Positions 22,811 to 35,328 of a stretch of DNA of 43,395 nucleotides are shown piece by piece (the first letter of the stretch is position 1; every line of letters starts with the position of its first letter). Origin of the DNA: Octopus bimaculoides. Taxonomy: Eukaryota. Made by a program: the position numbers and the translations under genes. The DNA lies in NCBI RefSeq assembly GCF_001194135.2, contig NC_068982.1, positions 32,577,969-32,621,363 of the forward strand. Reading direction: 5' to 3'. The notes beneath the pieces were generated by a model. The model saw nothing but the letters and a program-made list of their open reading frames with translations, was not told the DNA's origin and did no database searches.

Positions 22811-24159
22811 GAGAGAGAGAGGGGGGAGGGAGAGATACAAAAAGTATATATGCATAACTGAATATATACACACATATGCATATTTTATATATGTATCTGT
22901 GTGTGTATGTGTATGCACATATTAACCCATTTTTACAAGTATGTTCTTCGAAATTTGTGAAATATCATGACATTTATACGAAAGCAAAAGGCTGAGATTT
23001 ATTGTTTGGCTAATAATAGAAGCAAGAATCTCTGCCAAGAGTGGAGGGAAATGTTTCCATTGTTGCTGAATGATAAAAGAAAGTGTTTTCGCTGTTGCTA
23101 GTCATTTTGATCTAAATCTTTCTCAACCATATATAAATTATATGAATGTTTGCTGTGTCTGTCTTGCAAAACCGTACGCAGACGCACACACACACACACA
23201 CAGAAACACCTACACAGACCCACACGTTTATTTCGAAAGAATTTGCTTTTTAAATTAAAAATTATCTTTAAAAATAAAACATACAAAAAATGCATATTAA
23301 AAGATTTACTCAGACATGATGAAAGATTTTTTTTTTCTTGTGAAAGCATTTTCATTTCTTTTGGGTAATATTTTCTTTTTTGGGATAGTTTTTAATTTAC
23401 AAAAGAAAAAAAAAAACTCTTCCACATATTGTATCAGGAACTTTTTCTTAAAGTTTTAAATATGCGCGCGCGTGTGTGTGGATGTGTGCGTGTGTATACT
23501 TGCTTACGCATTTGCACGTGCCCACCAACATTGCTACTAAAATGCATTAATTCTATTACAAATGCATAAACCCACACACACGCACACATATTTACAAATA
23601 CACACACACACATGGAAAGAGAACACAAATTATATTCAAAATTTACAACATCCGTTTCGTTAGAATTTTATCATTGCATTCATAGGTTACATTACACATA
23701 ACATATAATCCACCATCTACAGATAAAATTTAAACAGGTAAGATTTCAAGCAGGTGAGGTTTCATACATCGAACATGATGTCGCTGGGTAAGTGGTATTT
23801 AAAAAAAAATAGCATTCACATTTATAGGAAAATTAGAAGGTTTGGCTTGAACAGGCATGCGCGAAGCAAAGAGATCAAAGGACTTTATTTTCTAAATTCA
23901 CTTATCTAAATGAGTTTACAGCTAATATTGGTTTTGAAGACGAGCAGGAATCACAGAAATGCTGTAGCCTTGAAATGACCATGATAGTCATTAGAACCAA
24001 GTCGATATTTTGCCAGCAAAGAGACATGCCTCGTCAAGGTCAAGACGACCTCATTGTAAAAAGATGAAGCTAACGTGGAATATATGCAATGTATTTATGT
24101 CTGAAACAACGATTCTTCAACCCTTCCCCGACACACACACACACACACACACACACACA

Positions 24160-24542
24160 TTGTTGGCACTCCGTCGCTCACGACGTCGAGGGTTCCAGTT
24201 GGTCCGATCAAAGGAACAGCCTGCTCGTGAAATTAACGTGCAAGTGGTTGAGCACTCCACAGACACGTTTACCCTTAACGTAGTTCTCGGGGATATTCAG
24301 CGTGACACAGTGTGACAAGGCTGACCCTTTGAACTACAGGCACAACAGAAACAGGAAGTAAGAGTGAGAGAAAGTTGTGGTGAAAGAGTACAGCAGGGTT
24401 CGCCACCATCCCCTGCCGGCGCCTCGTGGAGCTTTAGGTGTTTTCGCTCAATAAACACTCACAACGCCCGGTCTGGGAATCGAAACCGCGATCCTATGAC
24501 CGCGAGTCCGCTGCCCTAACTACTGGGCCATTGCGCCTCCAC
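24160..24542 (-). mobile_element. tRNA-derived SINE family D, well preserved
   Basis: Minus-strand head GTGGAGGCGCAATGGCCCAGTAGTTAGGGCAGCGGACTCGCGGTCATAGGATCGCGGTTTCGATTCCCAG has A- and B-boxes. Bounded by (CA)n and (CATA)n tracts. Confidence 0.85.
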
Positions 24543-25209
24543 ACATACATACATACATACATACATACATACATACATACATGAAGGAGCCTTGGATCTA
24601 GGTTAGAAACCGGCCCATTCTCTATTGGCAAGAAATCTTGAAATAAAACTGAAAGACATACATAGACACGCACACTGCTGCCATGTTATTTTAAAGTTGA
24701 TGTCCCCGCATAGCACAACCTCTGCCTGAAACCAGTGAACGTAAAAAGTAAATATATGTGTGAACCTCTATGGATGTTCGTGTGTGCGAGGCTTGCGCAA
24801 ACTTATATTTCAATCGATGAATATTTGATAAAAGACAAAATTCGTAGGCTCTCAGCGTAACTTTAGCTGCCAAATGCCCTGTGAGTGAGTTATACATATA
24901 CCTGTGTGCGTGTGTGTAGATAGATAGATAGATAGATAGATATGTCACGCTGCATTATATTGCATACTCTACTTTTGCTTATATATGTAAGGAGGGAGAG
25001 ACNNNNNNNNNNNNNNNNNNNNNNNNNNNNNNNNNNNNNNNNNNNNNNNNNNNNNNNNNNNNNNNNNNNNNNNNNNNNNNNNNNNNNNNNNNNNNNNNNN
25101 NNNNNNNNNNNNNNNNNNNNNNNNNNNNNNNNNNNNNNNNNNNNNNNNNNNNNNNNNNNNNNNNNNNNNNNNNNNNNNNNNNNNNNNNNNNNNNNNNNNN
25201 NNNNNNNNN

Positions 25210-25249
<40 letters not shown>

Positions 25250-25994
25250 CACACGCAAACGTATCCACGTGCACACGTATATACACAAAAATGCATACAC
25301 ACGTGTGTACGTCTGTGTGTATAAATACGATAAAATGCCACTCTGGCTCCATTCAAGGTGACCTTCACTTCCTAATATACCTTAATTACAACTGTTTCGA
25401 CTGGGTCAACAAATAGTTAAGTGTATTAGCCACGGAGACTCCACAATAACGTTGATTGGATACATTATAAGTTGTTTGGCTGGCAATCTAACACCCTATT
25501 AACTTGAAAGTCTGTTACTCCCTGTAGGGTCCACTTTGATCCATAATAAACTGCCTCCCTTCTAGTTTTTATTTATAATTATTGCATTTATCATATGAGT
25601 ACATAGTAAATAAGAAAGTATTAAAAATATGCTATGTTAATTGTTGCCTGCTACACTGTATTTTCTTGCAAACAATACCCGCCAAATCTCGCACTAAGCA
25701 TACCCCAACATCGTGAAAAACAAAAAGGTCAATGTTGCTGCTGTTGTAGTTATTAGCCCCAGGTCATCGAAGATAAATAGACTTATGATCATAGGCATTC
25801 CAAGCGTGACTATCAAGTCTGTTAATTTAGACAGTAGGTTATTTGATTCAATATGGTCTTCTTTTTTTAAGAGGCCAGTGAGTAACTTGAAGGATATATA
25901 GCTATTATATGTCTCACTTGAGCAAACTAGAGGATAACGTTGAAATAAACGTCGCTATATACACTGTTTGAAAAATAAAAAATGGAATTTTATG

Positions 25995-26495
25995 GGGGAG
26001 ACGCTTGCTGTGACACCTGCCGCGGCAACTTAGTGTGTTCAGCTACCAGCCGGCTCTCCGCTGATCGTCAAGCTGAAAAAAGCAAACTGCCAAAGTATCT
26101 GTCGTTTTCTGACAGGTTTATAGTCGAGCCTATGCCATTGGAGACCTCCGACGTTCTCGGCCTCCTGTGGCAAAGATGGCTGTCTGCAAGTGCGAGTCAC
26201 GTGAGTCAGAGTGGTTGTTTCAGCGCATCCTCCTTGCCATCCTCCGGGGCAACGCCTTTGCCATATTGTCTGCTGGGACCATGAGGCAGTCTGAATAACA
26301 GGAAATCGAGAGAACGTAAGGGTTTTGTAGCTTATTACCCGTGGTTGGCCAGTATACCGTCCTATTTTCTTTGGGCCGGGTTTGACAGAGTAACGAAGTC
26401 TTTTTCCTCCTCCATTTTCTAGAGAGGTCATAAGCCAGCAGGTTTGGGATCTGACGATGTGATGTAAAGCTAAGCACTTTATGGACGTGAAACCC
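25995..26495 (+). mobile_element. CRE-like (RLE-type) non-LTR retrotransposon, 3' end and probable 3' UTR
   Basis: DACCDT...SATS...RQAEKSKLPKYLSFSDRFIVEPMPLETSDVLG, then after a frameshift RESEWLFQRILLAILRGNAFAILSAG...stop at 26296-26298. AExxKxxKY, P..xETxG.xG and QRxSxAxxRGNA are the C-terminal restriction-like endonuclease signature of CRE-clade elements. Abuts an N gap. Confidence 0.8.
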
Positions 26496-26662
26496 NNNNN
26501 NNNNNNNNNNNNNNNNNNNNNNNNNNNNNNNNNNNNNNNNNNNNNNNNNNNNNNNNNNNNNNNNNNNNNNNNNNNNNNNNNNNNNNNNNNNNNNNNNNNN
26601 NNNNNNNNNNNNNNNNNNNNNNNNNNNNNNNNNNNNNNNNNNNNNNNNNNNNNNNNNNNNNN

Positions 26663-27005
26663 TGGGTCGGCGGTAAGAAGTTTTCCACTCACATAGTTCC
26701 GGGTTTCAGTCCTACTGCGTGGCACCTTGGGCGAGTGTCTTCCACTGTAGCCTCGGGCCAACCAAACTCTTGTGAATGGATTTGTTGGACAAAAACTGTA
26801 AGAAGCCCGTCGTATGTATGTATGTATGTGTGTGTGTGTGTGTCCGTGTGTCCACTGCCACTTGGGAACTGGGATTGGTGTGCTTGCGTCCGCGTAACTG
26901 ACCGGTTAGGCAAAAGAAACTGATAGAATAAGTACCAAGTGGGGTCTATCCATTCGTCTAATATTACTCAAAGCGGTGCCTCAGCATGACCGTAGTCTAA
27001 TGGCA
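26663..27005 (+). mobile_element. SINE family A
   Basis: GGTAAGAAG...GGGTTTCAGTCCTACTGCGTGGCACCTTGGGCGAGTGTCTTC...AGAAGCCCGTCG...AATAAGTACC...GCGGTGCCTCAGCATG. Confidence 0.82.
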
Positions 27006-27457
27006 AACATTTTTATATATGAGAGAGAAAGAGCTACCTAGTTATATACTATACTTAATGTAAAATTATCGTTGAAAGGCAATTTAGATTAAGTATGTTG
27101 CATAGATGTTTATTTTAATTTCATATTGCTTCTAACGATATAAATAAGTAGGAATGCGGTGATGCGGAGTGTCAATATCAAGAATATTAAATCAAGTGAG
27201 ATTCATTTCATTCCACTAGCTACTTTCATTCATCTCAGCCATATTTTCTTCTCACTTCTCCTCTGCTACTTGTTCGTTCATACTGGCATTAGATAGTTGC
27301 CTTAGTAAAGTGGCCGTTAACATATTCAGTGTAGTGAGGAAGACATTTTGATAAAATTTATACTTGCAGTGAGGAGGAAAATACATTATTTTAATTACTA
27401 ATTCGGGTTAAGCTAAATAAGGGAGATAACTCGACAATTAATATACAGGGGAGAATG

Positions 27458-27680
27458 TGAAGGCGCGTGGCTCAGTGGTTAGAGCGTTACGCTCACAATC
27501 ATGAGGTAGCGAGTCCGAGTCCCAGACCGGGTTGTATATTGTGCTCTCGAGCAAAACACTTATTTCACGTTGCTCCAGTCCACTCAGCTGTAAAAATGAG
27601 TTGCGACGTCACAGGTGCCTCGGAGGTTAGCTTTCTAGCTACCTTCTGTGGTCATTCACGACTGAAGAGGGTTCTTTACT
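27458..27680 (+). mobile_element. SINE family C, internally deleted
   Basis: GAAGGCGCGTGGCTCAGTGGTTAGAGCG...CACTTATTTCACGTTGCTCCAGTCCACTCAGCTGTAAAAATGAGTTGCGACGTCAC; homologous to 9064-9404. Confidence 0.8.
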
Positions 27681-27934
27681 CTTTTATACAGTAGGGGAGA
27701 ATTTGATCTTTGTCAGTTTCCTTCTTTGGTTTACCTATCCTCTTCACTCCATTAACTTGATTAATAATTTTTATCTGGTTATTCTTATGCAGAAGCGTCC
27801 ACACAGTCCTGCAGCCCCCAAGTAATAGCAGCTAAATCTTCCTCAAAAGTATGCCCTAAGGTTTAAGGGGAAAAAAAGACGGACACAAATGATTTAATCC
27901 CAGATAAATTTTAAAAGAGAGGATGATCACAATT

Positions 27935-28052
27935 GGATTGCTCTCGATTCATCGACCAAGAAAAGATGAAAGGCAAAGTTGAACTCATTGGAATTTGAAT
28001 TTCGAACGTATAGAACTGGGACAATTACTGCAAGCTCTTCTAGCCGATGCTT
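27935..28052 (-). mobile_element. SINE family B fragment
   Basis: ATCGACCAAGAAAAGATGAAAGGCAAAGTTGAACTC...GAATTTGAAT. Confidence 0.6.
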
Positions 28053-28454
28053 TAATGTCTTTGTCAATATTCCGCTTTTCACGCCGCAAATTGACAAAAT
28101 CACACCTACACCTACTTCATACAATTCCACATACATGTGTGTGTGTGTGCGTGTGTGTGCGTGCGTGTGCGTGCGTGTGCGTGCGTGTGCGTGTGTGTGC
28201 GTGTGTGTGTGTGTGTGCGTGTGCGTGTGTGTGTGTGTGCATGCACTATGTATGTATGTAAGCGTGTATGTATGTATACATGTATGTATACATAGTGTTC
28301 GGACTAAAATTGACAATTCTTTTAAGTTACCCTTTTTCATGAACAGCCTGATGCATTAGTAAGCAGAGGCGTTGGAGAGCATTAAGACTAAAGATTTAGT
28401 TGAGAAAAAGTTAATTGACATAGAGGACTGGAAGCCATCCGAATAGTGGAACAG

Positions 28455-29000
28455 TTACCTGTATCATAATGTTTCACGTCCGGAATCAAAACGCCGACAT
28501 CATGATTGCTGCTCAATGCTCCGTCAACACTGTTAAAGGCTGTAAGTCTTAACATGGACATCACGAAAATGAAGTTCTCTCAAAAACTGTGATGGTCTTT
28601 GCGTGTGTAAGTGTCTTCAGTGAGGGTGATGTCATACCGACTAATGTCCTTGAACAGGGCCTTAGGCTCAATTCAAATGCTTTCGTGAAGCTGCTAGAGA
28701 CTGCGATCAAATGTTGGCTGAAAAGGACTACTGCTGGAAGGTCATACGTGTGGCAGCAGGACTTGAGTCCTTGGCATATCTCTTGAAAGTGACAGAAGTG
28801 GTTATGGGAGAATTTTTCGACTTCACTAGCTCCTATTTCTGGACTTCTAATTCTTCCGATTGTAACCCTAATCATTCACTATGTGTGGGACGCGGTTGAG
28901 GAAGACAGCAACAGTTCAGTCTGCAACGCCAAGACAGAGCTGGGGGCCAAGGATGTTTTCAAAGATTATTCCAGAGAGACAGCGAGGAACTTGATATAAA
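28455..29000 (+). mobile_element. Tc1/mariner DD37D (maT-like) transposase fragment, degenerate
   Basis: VMVFACVSVFSEGDVIPTNVLEQGLRLNSNAFVKLLETAIKCWLKRTTAGRSYVWQQDLSPWH, then with frameshifts QKWLWENF / DFTSSYFWTSNSSDCNP / YVWDAVEED. The WQQD...WxxNSxDxNP..YVW layout and inferred spacing fit DD37D; exact spacing is obscured by frameshifts. Confidence 0.8.
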
Positions 29001-29105
29001 GGCAGGTAGTAATTTTACCTTGTAGTAATTTTACCTTGTTCTTATTCTTAGTGCAGGTTATGAGGAGAACAGTTCGATTTTAGCAGTTATTTTTTCAAAG
29101 CTATA

Positions 29106-30110
29106 ATGGAAGTGACAAAGGAGCATATTCAGCATATTTTGCTTTATAAGTTTAATGAAGGCAACAACGCAACGGAAAGTGCGAGGAATACTAATGCAGT
29201 ATATAGGGATCGGACAATAAGCGTATGTCATGTCAACGGTGGTTCCAGAAATTCCGAGCCGGAAACTACAGCCTAGAAGACGAGCCTCGTCCTGGAAGAT
29301 CTGTAGAGCATAACGAGGACGTCCTGCAAATCCTGGTGGAATAAAATCGTATCGTAACTGTTGACGAACTAGCAGAGAAGCTTAGATTTGGTCATTCAAG
29401 CATTCATCGACACATGCGTACCATCGGAAAAGTCAGCAAATTGGGACAATAAGTTCCTCACAAGCTTTCCTAGTCTAATCGCGCGCAGAGAGTGAATGCT
29501 CTCACGCCTCACGAATGAATCTTTCTTGGACAGAATAGTGACTGGGGATGAGAAATGGGTTATCAATAGAAATGTCAAGCGCCGAAGACAATGGGTAGGG
29601 AAAGGAGAAACACCGTCACCCCAAGCTGAAGAAGGTCTTCAACCAATTAAGCTATTGTTATCTGTTTGGTGTGATATGAAAGGTTTAGTCCACTTTGAAC
29701 TTTTAAACCCATACAAACGATAACAAAGGAGATCTACTGTGAGCAACTTAAGTCAGCGCAAGAAGAAAAACGACCATCTTTGGTTTCAAGATGAAAAGTG
29801 TTCTTCCATCAGGATAATGCTCGGCCACAAACAGCAAGGATGACATTCCAAAGGATGGAGCAGTTTGAATGGGAAACGATGCCACACCCACCACATTTGC
29901 AGGACATTGTCCCATCTGATTATCATTTATTCCGCAATCTTCAAGATCATTTGGACGGAAAAAATATGAATTCTGTAGACGAGGTCAGAACAGTACTGGA
30001 GGAATATTTTTCGTCACGGACAAGTGAATTCTGGAAGAGGGACCTTGCAAGACTACCTGATAAATGGAAGAGTATTGTAGAAAATGAAGAAGAGTATATT
30101 TTCGATTTAA
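29106..30110 (+). mobile_element. Mariner (DD34D) transposase pseudogene, near full-length CDS, TIRs not found
   Basis: Joining frames gives MEVTKEHIQHILLYKF...CQRWFQKFRAGNYSLEDEPRPGRS...VPHKLS...FLDRIVTGDEKWV...LLSVWCDMKG...FHQDNARPQTA...PHPPHLQDIVPSDYHLFRNLQ...WKSIVENEEEYIFD. There are 34 residues between the Asp of QDN and the Asp of PSDY. Several stops and frameshifts. Confidence 0.93.
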
Positions 30111-30430
30111 AAAGAACTTTGTTTATCTTAATTTTGAAAAATAAAAGAAGTATAAAAAAACTCATGAGAAGAGGTGATAATCTCAAAAATTAAGGATGTT
30201 CCAAAGTCGACATACCATAAAGCAAAAGAGCAGGCTTATTGTCCTGATTTAAGAGGACAGTCACGAGACGTGTTTTAATAGCCATCATCTGCACAACACT
30301 TGTCCTGGCTTATCTCTTGTAGGCATTTAATAATTATGACATCCTCTAAAGAGTGAGATAATATAACTAAATCAGGAATTTATGTTGTAAGGCATTTGAT
30401 ATACCTGTATTTGCCCGTGTTTGAGATTTA

Positions 30431-30482
<52 letters not shown>

Positions 30483-30747
30483 ATGTGTGGAATTGTATCT
30501 GTAAAGAAACTGTATTAAGCGTTTGGTACCCATGGCCAGCAGGCAATCGAAAGCAAAATAACTTGTGTAAAACATTCTATGTTGAATAGAAGAGCAACTC
30601 TAGACGAAAGCATTAAATGGTTTATGAGCAACTGAAATGAATGGGCACATTAACTGGAATCTTCCATCCATTTAGATTCTCTTTATAAGGAAAGAGATAC
30701 TTTTCAGACTGACCTTTATAAAGCAAGCAGCCAGAAGGTACATACAT

Positions 30748-30797
<50 letters not shown>

Positions 30798-31491
30798 CAC
30801 ACACAAAGTGAGAGAGTGAGAAATAGCGAGCATTTGTAAATGAATGCCTGGCTATTTTAGCCTTCTATCTTCGATCTGTACTTTTGGAAATGTCTGGCTA
30901 GTTTCAAAATGTTTGTATAGAAGTGTCAGTGAAATAATAATAATAATAATAATAATAATGCAGCCAGTTTCTGGACGTATGCCAGGGAAAATATCATAGT
31001 GCATTCTTCTCGTTTTTATTTAGCTATGGAATTCCATTGAAAACCGGTTACCTCATACAAAACTAATACAAGCGTCTTAACAATTAAACTCCTCAAATTC
31101 TTGTGTCGTTGTCGTTATTATTCTTGTTGCTGTTTTTTGTTTTTAACGTTGTATATATAGCTGTTGCTGTTGTTAGTAATCGACAAGTATTTTATTCTGT
31201 CTACTAACATATTTGTAGTTGGTATTTTAATGTTATGTAATTGCGGTAGTGCACATTTAATGTCATCATGACTATCTGAATTGCCCTTGCCTACTGTGGT
31301 ATCAAGAATTTTACAATAAGCAATGACTGGGAGATGCGCACGACATTGATGTACTTTTTCTCAGAGGAAAGGATATGCTTAAACTCTATATATGAAGCCA
31401 ATTTATTGACAAAGGGCGAGGTGGTGAATCATCTTTTGTCAGTATATTACATTGATACATTTTTATGTTTTAACTGTAGTTACACAGCTTA

Positions 31492-31705
31492 AGGCTGTCG
31501 TTTGGCAGAATTTTTGGAGCGCCAGACACGCCTTGCGGTATTTACACCGGTTCTTTATGTTCTGAGTTCAAGTCATGCTGAGGTAAACTTTTCTTTTCAG
31601 ACTTTCGAGCTCGATGAAATAAAATACCAGGGTGATATTAGATTCGATTTAATTGATTATCACCCGCCCCACCAATTTGTAACTTTTGTACCTATGTTAG
31701 AAACA
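31492..31705 (+). mobile_element. SINE family B, diverged
   Basis: TGGCAGAAT...CGTTCTGAGTTCAAG...CTTTTCTTTTCAGACTTTCGAGCTCGATGAAATAAAATACCAG. Confidence 0.65.
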
Positions 31706-32322
31706 AATGTAATGACAGCTATCGGTAGACACACACACAATATGATTATATATATATATATATATATATATAATTATTATTATTATATTAATATCAGTTG
31801 GTGGGGATCTCAGTGATGATGGTTATGAACGCAGTAGCATACGAGCGTGTACTTGACAGATAGGGTACACCGGAATAATACTGGTGAACATTCCTAGGCT
31901 ACCATCCAATCTGTAAGTACTCAGTGCAATCTTAACTTAAATTACATTATATACTCTGTAAATGCAGTTTCTATAACACATACCACGCAGTGAAAAAATA
32001 TAATAAATGAAGATAGATAACCGTCGGTTCAATTCATACTATATATGTTTCAATAGCATAGTAATTTATTTGCACATTATGTATTACATAATCTTCAATG
32101 ATATTATCTAATTTTCGTTATTTAATATGATGCAATTACCTGCCATCTCGCCAGGTGTTATGAACTATCGAAGGGATAGATCTGTCTGCAGTTTCAACTA
32201 ATATTTATCAAATTTATTTTAAAGACACCCTTTCATTATCAAAATAATGTTACGGTGTCTCATTTACAGATCCGAATCCTGTCAAGGATATTGTCGCTCC
32301 TTCCTTGAGTATAATCTTATAA

Positions 32323-32397
<75 letters not shown>

Positions 32398-34137
32398 CGC
32401 GCGCTCTAATTTCTTTATCAACTCTGCAAAGATGAAAGGCAAAGTTGAACTCGATGGAATTTGAACTTATACCGAAAAGAATAGAAAAGAATTGTGCAAA
32501 CTATTCTCTTCCCCTCTCTTAGCCAACTCGTTGCCATGTATCTGTGTGCGTGTATATATATATATACATACATACATATACACGCGCAGGTAACACCATT
32601 TAATTGATAAGCTTGTTTTTCAGCCTTGTGTTCTCGAGTTTAGTCCCACTGCATGGCACCTTAGAAGTTCTAAAATTCTTCTGTTTAGCAAAAAGCATAT
32701 AGGAGGTACATTTTAATCAAATAAATATAATAATTTTTAATTTAGGGACATGATCCTCACCCGTTGTTCTAGAGGATAACAGTACTTACCTATCCCTCAT
32801 TTTATCGTTCCTAAAAGCACGAAAAGCAAACTGGCCTAAAAAGATAGAACTTAAGCTGTTATCCTGCAGCCTCAAAGACGCTTTCTCTAATCGGGGAAAT
32901 GCAAGAAAAAAAGAAAGCATTAAAAAGTATTAAGCTGAAAACTAATCACATCAATACTCAATCAAACATACCCTAATTAAAATGTATAATTAATGTCAGC
33001 TGACCCAGAGGAAGTATTGATTGCTGCATTGATGAAATTCTGGATTACCAACCACAATATCATTCCTGGTTTGATAGTTGGATATCTAGCATTGATTCAT
33101 CATACCACTAACGAATATGTCTAAACGTCAATAGCCCAGTTCATTCAACAGTAAATACACGTACTATTTGTAAACACAGCATACCGTTAAAAGAAATAAT
33201 ATCACATGTAGAGTGAAGGAGAGCTGTGTTCGTCTGCAGGGTTAAGCTATGCCCCCTTATAAAGGTTTCATAGAGGTAAGATAAGGACTGTTAGAACCAC
33301 ATTTTAAATACATTAGAAGAAGCTGATAAACTTGAAGTCTTTAGTGCTTGCTGTGACTTTAGTGCTTGCTGTGACTAAGGTCATAGGTTGCGTGGCTGAG
33401 AAAATTCCTTTTGCATCCACATTATTCCGGATTGAACTCCATTACACGGTACTTTGACTAAATTTTTGTGCTTATAATTTTAGGGAAGGAAAGTGCAGAA
33501 ACCCGTTGGTTTTGTGTGTGTGTGGGTGTGTGTGTGTGTGTAACAGATGGATTGTGGTTCGCTACAGTTGTTCCAGACGTGTTTTTTATTGATGAACTGA
33601 AGTATTACATCATTAAAAAAGACCGTTTTCATCAGGTGAATACAGGTAAGAATTAACAATTAGAACATGTCAAGAAAAAGAACATTGTGCCAGATGACTC
33701 GACCGACCCAAATTCGGTCAGATATATGTACATGCGCGTGTGTGTTCAATTATATATGTGTGTGTGCGTGTGTGCGTGCGTGTATGCGCCCGCACCAGTG
33801 TGAGACACATATACAAAATTGGTACGTCAGACAGAAATATTGTAGTTTTTCCGACCGGTTATTCTCCATTATGTCAAAGATGACTTACATTTCGTTTCGT
33901 ATGAATTTGATAAAATAAATACAAGACAAGCAACTAGCAATTGATGTAATGTAAATGACTAAGATCTATAAACATGATCTCTCAGCATATCTGTAGACTA
34001 TTTACTGAAACCAGTAAAAGAATTAAAGGGTAAAAAATGAACTTTTACGTAAAAAGATTAAATGTTTAAGAAATATATTGGAAATTGAAAATATATCTTC
34101 ACGCATCAAATGAAACTTGTTTAAAAAGTTATATATA

Positions 34138-34179
<42 letters not shown>

Positions 34180-34239
34180 AAAGAGAGAATATCGTATTAG
34201 GTTGATTCTAAAGGCAAAAGGGAAGCTATTATTTCTTAC

Positions 34240-34429
34240 CGCCAACAGAACAGGGGGTTGATTTATATTCCGCTTTTTTCTCAGCTGAAGCACCATCAGA
34301 AATATCCTTAAATTGAGGTAGGACAGAACGTTTATATACAATGTGTGGATGTTTCCCATTGGCACCAACTGAGTGTCCTTTTATTGGTTCTATGAAATAA
34401 TCACCGTCTTGGGATTTCAAATGGCCAGT
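34240..34429 (-). CDS. ADAMTS7/12: ADAMTS7/12-like metalloprotease, internal prodomain exon (most 5' exon in window)
   Basis: Minus strand ...CATTTCAG|ACT GGC CAT... to ...GTT GGC G|GTAAGA; 190 nt = 63 codons + 1. Translates TGHLKSQDGDYFIEPIKGHSVGANGKHPHIVYKRSVLPQFKDISDGASAEKKAEYKSTPCSVG. Contains the ADAMTS prodomain motifs YFIEP and HPHIVYKR and a cysteine-switch-like Cys (PCSV). Phase 0 start, phase 1 end, matching the next exon. Assignment to the 7/12 subfamily is from recalled family sequences. Confidence 0.92.
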
Positions 34430-34690
34430 CTGAAATGTATGAAATTAAAATTGAATTTAATTATTAATTTAAACATTGATATACTTATATTCATAGACAC
34501 ATGTATGCCTACACATACAAAGCAAGTATTGTACAACACTTATTCATTGTATGAACATCGCATAACCTGATGTAGAACACAATGCAATGAATAAATATGT
34601 TTATATATATATATATACATATATATATAAAATATTTGTTTACTCAAGTTTCACTCAGTTACGGTCAGCCAAGTGTGAATCTCATATATA

Positions 34691-34930
34691 CAGAGTTGGC
34701 CAAAAGTCACTCGACAGTAAACCAAAATTCCATAAATACTTAATATTCAATTTTATTTATTCATTCAAATTATGAATGTTTAATAATTGAATACTGTGAG
34801 TTAAAAATCACCGTTTTGTTTTCAACATTTATCTATTTATTAGCGAAGTCTCATATAAAATATTTTTTTGTTTTAATCTTGGAATTATATGGGTTTTGAT
34901 TTACTGTCAGGTGACATTTGGTCGACCCTG
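34691..34930. mobile_element. 240-bp Tc1/mariner-type MITE with ~31-bp imperfect TIRs and TA target-site duplication
   Basis: Left end TA|CAGAGTTGGCCAAAAGTCACTCGACAGTAAA. Right end read as reverse complement TA|CAGGGTCGACCAAATGTCACCTGACAGTAAA. TA at 34689-34690 and 34931-34932. AT-rich non-coding interior. Confidence 0.85.
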
Positions 34931-34943
34931 TATTTTATGAATT

Positions 34944-34975
<32 letters not shown>

Positions 34976-35272
34976 ACTGCTATCTGTAGCAGGCAGGTAT
35001 CCAGTACAGATGAAGGGTAAAGACCCAGAAACCATGGTCTACTAGTCTTGCCAAGCTGGAGGAGAATGATTCGCTCAGAACTGTTTTAAGGCCAATAAAC
35101 AACTCGAAATCTGCTGGAAAATATAGATTGGACAAGCCTACGGTCGCCTAGAAGCTACCATCAAGTGAATGGACGATGCTATCATTCTAACTGCCAAAAG
35201 GTCACCCAGAAAGTCTTCCAGTATGAAGTGCCATGTCACTAGATAAGAGCAGTAATGAAGTGGCTAAGCAAT

Positions 35273-35275
<3 letters not shown>

Positions 35276-35328
<53 letters not shown>

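Noticed and set aside
24465-24542. tRNA gene (also at the SINE heads at 9064, 27458 and 40289)
   Set aside because: A/B boxes are present but there is no complete cloverleaf, and each continues into a SINE body.
33340-33375. 18-bp tandem duplication TTTAGTGCTTGCTGTGAC; similar short duplications near 13650 and 39757
   Set aside because: Ordinary slippage or repair duplications with no associated structure. No regular repeat-spacer array exists anywhere in the window, so there is no CRISPR-like feature.
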